A DNA stretch of 64,000 bases, taken from the NCBI GenBank assembly GCA_951406725.2, contig OX597814.1, forward strand, positions 39,308,001-39,372,000, in the 5' to 3' direction. Below the pieces are notes generated by a model that was given only the letters and a program-made list of their open reading frames with translations, was not told where the DNA came from and ran no database searches. This DNA comes from Octopus vulgaris (lineage: Eukaryota). Positions 12,951 to 25,137 of this stretch are shown here, piece after piece. Numbering within the stretch: position 1 is the stretch's first letter; every line of letters starts with the position of its first letter. A program made the translations under genes and the position numbers.

Positions 12951-13420
12951 TTAGGGAGCAGTTTTTGGCTGGAGGTGTGGTTGCACTGTTGGATAGGGTT
13001 GTAGTTTCCACTTTTGTTGTTGTTGTTTTTGTGTCTTCCTGAAAAGACTGGACCAGCATTACTGCAGCATGGTGTGTTTCTATTTTTATTGTTATTCAGG
13101 TTTGTGTGTTGGCTTGAGGCCCCGTTTCTGTTTGTGCGTCGGGTCCCTGGAAGATGAGTGAAGGGACAGTCACTCAGTAGACATGTTCTCTCACGTTGGG
13201 AATACCGGCAGATTTTGGGACTCCGAGTTGTGTGTGTTTTGAATTTCGATTTACTCTTTGGTGGTGTTGATGTTATTGTGGGATGCGTGCTTTGGCCTTG
13301 GCCAGTAGTGCGTCTAGTGCCGGGTAGATGCGTGAAGATGCAGTCACTATTTGTGCAGAGTCTCTGGCGCAGTGAATAGCGGCATATTTGGGGATTTCTT
13401 GTTTGTGCCGTGAGGGGCAC
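12824..13420 (-). CDS. LINE ORF1 C-terminal part with two CCCH-type zinc fingers
   Basis: [19 protein letters not shown] and [19 protein letters not shown] (C-x8-C-x4-C-x3-H), each followed by LPGTRR; the YI-repeat N-terminus of the track ORF is a (TA)n artefact. Confidence 0.75.
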   Translation of the reverse strand: MPLTAQTRNPQICRYSLRQRLCTNSDCIFTHLPGTRRTTGQGQSTHPTITSTPPKSKSKFKTHTTRSPKICRYSQRERTCLLSDCPFTHLPGTRRTNRNGASSQHTNLNNNKNRNTPCCSNAGPVFSGRHKNNNNKSGNYNPIQQCNHTSSQKLLPKQENSFLAMLNMAKEIHKNILAITQHHPMLLPQCTNSPHCCH

Positions 13421-13422
13421 GA

Positions 13423-13839
<417 letters not shown>

Positions 13840-14059
13840 CAAACTTACACACAGTACAAAAACACAGATTAAGTGGAAAGGTGTGGTGTTACAAGTCCGA
13901 CAGCTGTTTCTGAGTGCTCGGAGGTAATTCATTATGTTCCCAGATATATCCCTTGAATAAGTAACTAGTAATGGAAACCTATAAACATTGCATAGATCCA
14001 GCCTCCATTTTCAGGGAGAAGAGTTAAAATTTGTAACATTCTATTTTCCCACATACACA

Positions 14060-14222
14060 CCAAATGACTTTCACACAGTTTACGTCAGCCAAATTCACAC
14101 AAAATGCATTGGCTGGTCCGGTGTTATACTAGAAATACTTGCCTAAACTACCATACCATGAGACTGCGCCCGAAACTACATGGTGGTAAAGCGTGCCTCT
14201 AAACCAATATAGACAGGCTTGC
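14060..14222 (-). mobile_element. Degraded SINE family A 5' part
   Basis: cagtttacgtcagccaaattcac..agaaatacttgcctaa..acatggtgg similar to 24740-24893. Confidence 0.5.
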
Positions 14223-14458
14223 ACGTCTCGTACAAAACATTGTTTTCTATCTCTTAGACGAAATATATTCCAAACGTGTTTCATTAGATTGTTCAAGAAG
14301 TTGCCAGGCTCTTGATATTAATGACACACCTTTAAAAATTATACTTGTTTAATTCATATCAAATACAATTTGTTTTCCATTAAATATCTTATCATGTATA
14401 AGCTGCCATGTTCATAATTATGATTACAAGATTTAATAAGTTTGTTCTATGTTTACAG

Positions 14459-14521
14459 GTTCGTCCCAACAGACTGAACGCTCCCTCCAAAAGTTTGAAC
14501 ACCTGTAGTCTACTCTGTCAG
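14459..14521 (+). other. Candidate 63-nt internal exon of an unidentified host transcript
   Basis: tttgttctatgtttacag| acceptor and CAG|gtaaac donor; length divisible by 3, phase-0 frame open (VRPNRLNAPSKSLNTCSLLCQ). Confidence 0.3.
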
Positions 14522-14801
14522 GTAAACTGATTTCTCTTAATATATTTAACTTCGTGAAATGTGAGTTTGATAGTACATGAATTTCATGAAATATCATTCA
14601 ACTACGTACGCCCATATGTATGCGTGCGCGAACGTGCGTGATCTTATATAAAATCACGCTTAAAATATTTTCAAAAATGGTTGTATGGCTAACTCGCTAG
14701 CTTTGCAACCACTAGGTTTCGAATAAAGTTTTTAATGCGCAGAAAATATTGGGAAGTGTTATAATCTGTTCCTACAAAGTTTTTCAGTGAAGCTGACAGA
14801 T

Positions 14802-14873
<72 letters not shown>

Positions 14874-15247
14874 CTGTTCAGGTTTAAATCAGTTATATAA
14901 GCGTTTATAGCCTTTAATAACACAATTATGACTAAAGACGAATGCAGTTTTCTTTCACAAGAAACATTTGTTTCATTAGGTGTTGTTACCCTTCTTATTT
15001 TCAGTATAAACCTAATAATTAAACGTATCAACTTGGGATATCAAAATGCGTGTGAGAATGTACGTATTACATATGAATATAGGTATGTGTTTGTAGATAC
15101 GCATATACATATGTGAATGATTGTATATAGGTATATACGTATTGTTCTAACATAAATGTGTATGCGTAAATAATATATGTATATGCACATTAGTGTAAAG
15201 AATTTGTGCAAATGCACATGTTCTGTATCATGTTTATATACATATGG

Positions 15248-15387
<140 letters not shown>

Positions 15388-15442
15388 GCACATATATATG
15401 TACATCTATACATATGTATATGCATATATATATATATATATG

Positions 15443-15517
<75 letters not shown>

Positions 15518-15619
15518 GCGTATATTCTGTGATATAAATCATGCATTCATAATACGTGTACGTGAATATATATGCATATATATGCATAATACAAAATTAA
15601 TTTAACCTAATGCATAATC

Positions 15620-15843
15620 ACAATCTCAATTGTCAACTTGCACAGCAGTATACCGGTCCCAGTGTTCCTGCCACTGTTGGAATACGACCTCGCCTACCCC
15701 CCACATTCCAACACCACACTCGAACATAACACAAGCACTGACTACATCCCAGCACCCACGCCATCGTCTACACATCTACACGTGCACACACACACACACG
15801 CGCGTCAATGTCACCAGCCCTTATCCACATGCACATACACGCT

Positions 15844-15876
<33 letters not shown>

Positions 15877-16130
15877 CTTCATTTTCGGATCAACACAACT
15901 TTATTATCTTCCCTTCTTCATAGGTCTGCCGTCTGACCACCTCTGTCCAGCATTCGCCATGATCCATCACTAGCCACTAAACCTTTTTTTTTTAATATTC
16001 TCTCTCTGCTTAATTTTGTGTCCCTTTCTTTTGAAGAGCGTAGGCTCGACACGTAAAAGACTTTCTCACTTCCCATCTCTTTGTTGTTTACACACCCGTC
16101 TTTTTTTTTTGCTTTTCTTTTGTAAACTCC
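15620..16130 (+). mobile_element. Penelope-like terminal-repeat-derived repeat with degenerate hammerhead motif
   Basis: 3' part matches 58700-58845; motif cttt-cttttga-a-gagc-gtag-gctc-gaca-cgta-aaag at 16024-16059. Confidence 0.5.
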
Positions 16131-16169
16131 AACGATATATATATATATTTATATATAATCATGTATATG

Positions 16170-16215
<46 letters not shown>

Positions 16216-16343
16216 TAATATAATTATATATATATATACATACACATATATATATATATATATTAACCTTAAATGTTGTAGTGAATCGAACGGCTTCTGT
16301 GTGTTTCTTAAATGGCTTATAAACACCTTCCACGCTGCAATTG

Positions 16344-16399
<56 letters not shown>

Positions 16400-16404
<5 letters not shown>

Positions 16405-18665
16405 GATCTGTATCTTTTGTTTTATGAATGTATTCTAATATATATAGCTGCATATGTAGACATGCTGACATCTATTTTAATGATAAAATTGTGGAAAGTG
16501 TTACAAATTTTGACATTTCCAATGATGGATTGGATCTGTAGCCTTCGAATTAGCTTTCTCCTTTCTGGTTCTGAGAAGTTTAATTTTTCAGTGTTGGTAT
16601 TTATGCAGTGTGTTACATATCCCAGGCTCCCAATTGGTTTACACTTGGACTTGTAGTCTGGATAGAGTAACTACCATTTTCTCAATAGTTCAACGTATGT
16701 ATTCTCTTTTCCATTGATCTTTGGGTTTATGTAAACATCCGCTGAATAGCTAATTTCCACAACTGTGCACTGTTTCTTTTCTGTATACCAACTCTTTATA
16801 TCAGGTGTATTGTGGTAACATTTTATTAAGGTTTTCACTGGGATATCCCACCAGTATTCCTTTTTATTATGGCTCTTACCATACTGTGGACTCTTATTTC
16901 TATGTCCTCTGGGTTATCATTCCCACAGATTTCATTATAGAGTGTCCTAATTATAACGTCAGGCCTCATCGGTAGATAATGTCGTATTGACATTTTCGAA
17001 CAACTGCTTATGATAAGGGTGATATCTTCGGTGTTAACTCCACAAAATTTGCATCCACGTTGTACTGTTTTTGCTGCATCTCTATCCCTATCGTTCATCA
17101 GGTATTTGGTTGATATTTCCTGTTCCTGGATTGCAAACGCTAACTCTTCTAAAGAGGAGGCAATAATCTGGTTATTGGTCCATGTGAATGCATTGATGAT
17201 CAATGTTACTATCATCGCGGTACTTTCTATCCATGCATAGCCTTCTGCTCATACAGGCAAATCATTTCGTACGACTGTTTTCGGCACGTATTTATGGTTA
17301 TTAGACAAATAATATTAGACAAAGGAGCTACCTTCCGAATTTTATATTATTTTCAACCTCATATATGCAAACTTGGTCAAGGGATTCACTTCGAGACTTC
17401 GTGGTTAAAAGATGTTGCCGAAGTGATATGATACGACATTCAAAATCATTATGGAACAGCGTTAAGCTTCTGCCGGCTTGTGTTCGTTTTATGTAGAGGC
17501 GGTTTACGCCACTGTCCATATTGAAATTATGTGTGCTTGTTAGGATTTTCTCAGTATTCACATCAACTGCTCGGATCTCATCAAGCGTGCGATCAAGCAG
17601 CCCGAGTGTTGGTATGAGAACTCGCACAGTTGATACGTTGTAGGTCAATGTTTTATAGAATATAGAGAGTTCTGAGGTCCTAACTTTCTTTTTTCCAGCT
17701 ATAATATTCTTTAGTGACACTTGCTTTGTTACAGATGCTATTATAAGATATGTTTTCATCTACCCCTAAATAACTGTAACATTCCTCGTCAGATATAAGG
17801 GAAACAGTCAAATCTTTTATGGAGATGTTACTAGTCTGGTTGACAGCTCTCACAGCCATATAACGACATTTATCCTTACAAAGCTCCAACCTTGCATCCT
17901 TTGAGAAGGTTGTAACTAGGTCATGGCTCTTTTTCCTCTAGTTCATATTCTTTGAATAAAGTTTCAAGTCATTCACAAAGAAACAGTGTGTAATTTTGGT
18001 ATTTCTGTTTCCATTTAAACCAATGAGATATCGTTCAGACTTCCTTAACACGAATGACAAAGGGTTTACGGGAGGAGAAACAACATCACAGAGGCTATAA
18101 CCTTGGAATATGCTTTTGCGATACTGTATTCCATCACTGATGATACAATCAATCTTTGTGTTTAAATTCAAGATGGGTTACCCACGATAAGGTTACGTCA
18201 GCTATGGCTTTGACTAATCTCACTGGAACTTAGAAAGGTGAAGGGCTTCTAACATCCATGAGTGCAGAAGAGAGTAAAAAGCTTTCTTGTAGTTTAATCA
18301 CATTGAATCTAGGTCCCTCCTATGCTCTCGCACCTCTGACATCACAAATTTGTTGCTTTACATGTGCACGGTCTCCCTTCTTCGCACATTCTTTGTCTGC
18401 TATGATGTTATTGGTTTCTCAATGGTCTTGGTGGAAGAAGTTTAAGCATGCTCTCTATATCTTGTACATTAAGTCCTGGCTGGTAGTTCTTCGCCATGTT
18501 GGTGGTTCTGCATTTGAAAATCAATTTTGATTCTGTCAGAGCTAACCTATGGGGTATGCTACTGTTCCTATTGAGAGCTTCCTGGTACAGATTGATAAGA
18601 TATGGTCGTTTGAAGGTTAGCTCCTTGTACCAATATGTAGTCTTGAATATCCATTCTTGAACATC
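16400..18665 (-). mobile_element. RLE-type (R4/Dong-like) LINE, heavily degraded RT + zinc knuckle + endonuclease
   Basis: RKSIFQGYSL, ITHCFFVNDLKLY (RT YxDD-like), YSYLGV, RLYIKR..GR.L, FAIQEQEI, CKFC...EDIT.IISSC, spread over several broken ORFs; 3' end abuts (TA)n. Confidence 0.85.
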
Positions 18666-20959
18666 CAACATATATGTATGTATATATGTATGTATATATG
18701 TATGTATGTATGCATGTACGTATGTAAATGTGTGTATGTATGTATGTACATTACTGTTTCGAGTCTTAGGACTCATAAGGCTGGTTATAAGGTTACTGTG
18801 GCTTAAAAGTGACCGAAATAAAAACGTTCTTTCTGATTGTGACAGCAGTCCGTTGCAGGGTTAATCATTTGTATGTGGGCAGATGGAGAAACGTGAAATG
18901 ATGTTCTTTACTCGCACCGCTCGCTCCAGTAATCGAAATGACGATTGCAATGTATTTGTTTGTGTGTTTGGGTGTATATATGTATGTTTATAGGTAGGTA
19001 TATTTAAAAAGGGATCGACATAGAGCAACCAGCACGCGAAAAGAGGGAATGAAAAAGAAAGAAACCGCGATGCTTAAAAAGCAGATAGAAGCGAAAAGAG
19101 ATGACAGCACAAAAAGGAAGTGAACAAGATTCGATTATATTGTATATCATCAATTATAAATACAGTTCGCATTGCTGGCACCTTGGGTGAAATCAAGCAT
19201 ATGTGATTTCCATATATTGCCTATGTATAATATTTGCACGATTGTTATGTCTGACATTATTTACACTTATATAATCATCACGCATTTAGAACACGTGTGT
19301 GTGTGTGTTGCGTTTTTCTGCATGTGAGCGCGTACGTTAAGTGTACGTGGTGCCATGCAATAACATCAATGTGTTTGTGCTAGTCTCTACATGCATATAT
19401 TTGAAATCTCGCAAGCGGACGTTAATCTATTCTATATACACGCATGTTCCCTTCATTTATTTATTCATTTATTTATCTATTAACTACTTTATTTCTTTAC
19501 TTATATATTTAGCTATTGGTTCATCGTTTCAATACATGACTGTACTGGTATGCATGCGTTTTTTTTTTATATATACATTTATGTAAGTTATATAAAGAGT
19601 ATGTGTTACCCTATTCTGTTCGTCTTCTAAATGTCAAAGTAGTTCTTATACGATACATAAAGTTTACTTCAATATGTTGAAACAGTAAATTGTGCTTTTC
19701 TATGTATATGTGTATATACACATTCCCCATTAGGGAGCATTATGTATCATTTCTATGCAAGTCTTCACAAATGTATAACTTACAATAATTTTTCTGCGAA
19801 ATGCTACATTATATAAAATAATGATTTGTATGCATGCATGTAAGCAGGTAGGTATTAAGTATATATGTGTGTGTGTGTGTGTGTGTATAATTGTATATTT
19901 GTATGTATATATGCATAGATAGATACATACATACATACATCCATGCATACATGCATATAAACGTCACAAGAAAAGCAAGGTAGATTATGTAGAAAGGCAG
20001 AGAATAGAATGTATGTCTGAGTTACATAAGCAAAACGATGGTAAAAACATGCGAAACAAAGTGTGTGTACGTATATATATATATATATATATATAATGCA
20101 TACACACACACACACACAGAACTCAGAATGTTACATACAGTTATGAATGTTGGGTTTGAGTATATGTGTATGCACTGCGTTGTGTTAGTTATGTTTTGGC
20201 GGGGCATTGCTGAATCCGTTATTCTCAGACAAAATATCATGTTTCTTTTACTTACGTATCTCACCTTTCATTTTGAGTGAAAATCTTGCCGAGGTCAGCT
20301 TTGCTTTTCATTCTTCTAATATCGATTTAATAAATACTAGTGGAGTAATTAGATCTATATAAACCACTATACCCTTTATGGCATTGCTCCAGCATGATCT
20401 ACTGTATGTTTATTGAAAATACTTAAGTAATATCTCTCGTTATGTGCGCGCGTCTGTGAGTTTGTGTGTGTGCGTTTTCTGTTTTTGTGTGTTAGTATAT
20501 GCATATTTCTTTTTATTTGTGGGGTTTTGATGTGGGGGTTTGTGTGTTTTGTATGAGGGTATTTGTATATGTGAATGCACAGCTTCTGTATGAGAACATA
20601 TGGATTCTGCATAAATCTTCATGTAACACAGTAGCGTATTAAACAACGAACTACTAAATTTTCCCTTGAGTTGAATTGTGAAATCAATAACTTTAATTAA
20701 AAGATGGACATTAACGTATTTCATATTTTATGGCTTCATTTTAATTGCCTGTTTTAATTGCCGATATTTCAGGGAATTAAATGAAAAATAAGGAATGAGG
20801 ACAAGTGTGATTAATAAAATAAAAACTTATGAAAAATTCTCTGGAGTCAGTTGAACAATAAGTTTTATTTTGTTTCACTCCAGAGTTTCTAATAATTATA
20901 TCTTATAAATATCATTACTGTTTGCATCCACACTATGCCGTGCCTTCTGTGGTATGTAT

Positions 20960-21025
<66 letters not shown>

Positions 21026-22103
21026 ACACACACACACACACATACATACTTGTTCACGTATGTGTTTATGACTGAGTGTATACGTCTATATGTTTGTGTA
21101 CAAAAGTAGGTAGTAGTTTTGTTTGTTCGAGTGTCTATGTGTGTAAAATGAGCATGACTCGAGTTAGATATAAAAGTATATCACCTGCTTAATGTAGATT
21201 TTATGCAATTTAAACGGATAACCTATGTCCTTGACTGAAATGAACCGGTTAAGACACAAATATATATAATTCACGAGACTTGAAGTATTAAACTTGCATC
21301 CATTCTGTAGTCATTTTGGGTATACAAAATTATACCCGAGTGTAATTTTATGCTCGCTTACTGAACTAAGTAATTTAAGCGAATAATCTGTGGCTTATAA
21401 TGTAATCATAATCACGTAATTAATATCAAACCAACTGCAGCAAATCATAGCTGGTGCATAGGAAAAAGCAATGTGTAGCATTATAATAAACGCATCAGCG
21501 GAGTGAATACTGGGTAGAATTTCCTTTGCATATTTTCTCATGATGATTATCTTGTTAATATATTTTCCGTGGAGACTAAATATATAAATATACGTCAAAG
21601 AGTGGATAAGAATTTCGCTTCAGAAACATATTATTTGAGGTTCAATTTCAGTAGGTGGCAGCGGAGGCAAATATATTCCGACATGACATCAACTCTAGAT
21701 TAATTTTCCGAATAGAAACGCTATCGAAGGGACTATTAATCCATCGCTGGGTCTATCTGAACATCTGTAACTTAGGTGGCTTTAACAGAAATGTTTGTTT
21801 CAAGTTTGTATACTAGATCATTGGTAATAAATTCTTCATTGTAATGTGTCTTAAAAACACATACACACCGACATTGACACACACACATACAGACATATTC
21901 ACATAAACATGAACATATACATACACACATACACACACACGCACACACACACATACACACACAGAGGCAAAGTCAAGGACGCGAGACGCACACACATTAG
22001 GTCGGACAAATCTTGTAACATGAATCAAATGCATTGTCAAATGTAATCCATATAGTTGTACTAAGCACTACACTTATGGGAGCACGATATATCTATATGT
22101 ACA

Positions 22104-22139
<36 letters not shown>

Positions 22140-22162
22140 GTACATATATACATATACATGTC

Positions 22163-22198
<36 letters not shown>

Positions 22199-22307
22199 TG
22201 TATATATATATATATTTATACACATGTATATATATATATATATAGTTATACATGTATATATATATATATATATACACACATGTGTATATATATATATATA
22301 TTTATAC

Positions 22308-22367
<60 letters not shown>

Positions 22368-22409
22368 AAGGGTCTAAACCTAGAGTGGAGAAATAAGGAC
22401 AGGCAATGG

Positions 22410-22540
22410 GATTAAGTCGATTACATCGAATGGTACTTATTTAATCGACCCTGAAAGGATGAAAGGCAAAGTCGACCTCGACGGAATTTGAACTCAGAAC
22501 ATAACGGCAGACGAAATATCGCTAAGCATTTTGCCTGCAA
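22410..22540 (-). mobile_element. SINE family B
   Basis: aagtcgattacatcg..tggtactta..aaaggatgaaaggcaaagtcgacctcg.cggaatttgaactcagaac; B-box-like GAGTTCAAAT on minus strand. Confidence 0.75.
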
Positions 22541-23486
22541 ATGTCATTAGTTCAATGAGGCTTATACAAGTGTGTTCCAGGCATAACTGAATATTCTGGC
22601 GCCTGAGACATAACATTAACTACTTTCACCGCAAGAAAAACAACTAATGGCAACGGCATCAAGCTCCTGCGATCCCCAAATGAGATAACAGTAGTAGCTT
22701 TGTAGCAACAGTAACATTAGCTTCGTAGTAACAATAACATCAGCTTCGGTAGTCGATCCATCATAATGCAACAATTGGGCTGGAATTAGTAAGAGAGCAA
22801 ATGGGTGTATAATCATACACCCACTGATATACGCAAGTGCATACACAGTTTCGTACATATTTTTGGTTAGAATAGGATTTTATAAAGTCATACGAACTTG
22901 TCGAACATCTCCGATTGACTAGTCAGAAATGCACAGAGCAGCCATTGAAATAATCCATCATCATTATGTAAGCAATAATGAAGATAAGTCACTGTTAATT
23001 TTTAATTCGCGATTCCAATTTATCTGATTCGAAGAATTGTAGAATGCTTTGTCTGAAGCAACAACTGTTATCACATTCATACATAGATTTTATAACAGTA
23101 TTAGTTGTAATGACAGCAATCATTTTTTTTTTTACATAGATGTCATTTAAAAGTAAGTGTAAGCTAGAAGTCTGCTTTTAATTTGGAGGCAATTTTAATA
23201 TATGATTTCAAGCATTGGCACACTTAACGGAGTTTGTGGTGAGCTAAACTTAAGATAATACACTCCATTTTATTGAGCGCTGGACTATGAAATACAAGAT
23301 TATCATTGGTGGCGTTTTAACATCAACATTATTATATTGCATTTTGACTCAGGTCATATATTTAAATTCTTAGTACAGACGTTGGAACATCGAAATTCCT
23401 GGGGGAATGGGGACCACTTGTCACTTCCACAATCCCTTTATTTGTTTTGACTCCTTACCGAAAATATACATAGATTTAGAAGGCAT

Positions 23487-23529
<43 letters not shown>

Positions 23530-23556
23530 CAAAGTGAAGTTGTAAGGTAAGGTACC

Positions 23557-23762
23557 GAAGGCTTGAAAATGCAATTTTAAAAGATGTTTATTCATTTGAC
23601 CGGTTTCACTTTTTTAGAAAAAGATTGAAGTAACATGTAAAAGCTTTCTTGTGTTAGGCACAGGTTGTCACAAAATATTACAATACATTTATACCTTATT
23701 TGATGATAATAACAGCCGGTCAAGTGAATAAGCATCTTTTAAAATTGCATTTTCAAACCTTC
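23557..23762. repeat. 47-bp inverted repeat pair embedded in (TA)n
   Basis: 23557-23603 versus 23716-23762 reverse-complementary with 3 differences. Confidence 0.85.
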
Positions 23763-23763
23763 A

Positions 23764-24232
<469 letters not shown>

Positions 24233-24295
24233 TATATTTATATGTATATATATATATATATAATCAAAATAAGCAACAAGAATGACTCCGGTAAT

Positions 24296-24381
24296 TTGGT
24301 AAGATCGTTTCGTGCTACATCATTTTATTAAATGTTGTAAGTATTACAACAGTTTTAAAATGCTGAGCACTCTTCAGCCAA
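24296..24381 (-). ncRNA. Minimal type I hammerhead ribozyme candidate
   Basis: Minus strand: TTGG-CTGAAGA-GTGCT..(long hairpin)..AGCAC-GAAA-CGATCT-TA-CCAA; perfect CUGANGA and GAAA core, helices I and II pair. Confidence 0.7.
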
Positions 24382-24431
24382 TTATATATATTGTATATAT
24401 ATAATTATATATATTATATATATATATATAA

Positions 24432-24480
<49 letters not shown>

Positions 24481-24481
<1 letters not shown>

Positions 24482-24893
24482 TCTTTCTCTTTTACTCTTT
24501 TACTTGTTTCAGTCATTTGACTGCGGCCATGCTGGAGCACCGCCTGTAATCGAGAAAATCGACCCCGGGACTTATTCTTTTGTAAGCCCAGTACTTATTC
24601 TACCGGTCTGTTTTGCCGAACCGCTAATTGACGGGGACATAAACACACCAGCATCGGTTGTCAAGCAATGCTTGGGGGAAAAACACAGACACACAAATAC
24701 ATACACGCATATATATATATACATATATACGACGGGCTTCTTTCAGTTTCCGTCTACCAAATCCACTCACAAGGCTTTGGTCGACCCGAGGCTATAGTAG
24801 AAGACACTTGCCCAAGGTGCCACGCAGTGGGACTGAACCCGGAACCATGTGGTTGGTAAACAAGCTACTTACCACACAGCCACTCCTGCGCCT
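24481..24893 (-). mobile_element. tRNA-derived CORE-like SINE (family A), near full length
   Basis: Minus strand begins aggcgcaggagTGGCTGTGTGG (A box)..GGGTTCAGTCC (B box)..caccttgggcaagtgtc (CORE-like); ends in (TAAAAGAG)n; sits in (TA)n; second copy at 41165. Confidence 0.9.
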
Positions 24894-24894
24894 C

Positions 24895-24945
<51 letters not shown>

Positions 24946-25061
24946 TATATATGTATGTATACAATTTATATATTCATATATATACGCACACACATATCTG
25001 TATTTATGCATGTATGAGTGTGTGTGTTGATAGTCATACAGACAGGCAGATATATATATAT

Positions 25062-25063
<2 letters not shown>

Positions 25064-25136
<73 letters not shown>
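25064..25136. repeat. (GATA)n microsatellite
   Basis: Seen directly. Confidence 0.95.

Positions 25137-25137
<1 letters not shown>

Larger units (their letters stand above)
9737..13420 (-). mobile_element. CR1-like APE-RT non-LTR retrotransposon (LINE), copy 1, ORF2 intact, probably 5'-truncated
   Basis: ORF1 remnant + ORF2 + short 3'UTR ending in (TATCAAAG)2; flanked by (TA)n on both sides; homologous to 35238..38941. Confidence 0.95.
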
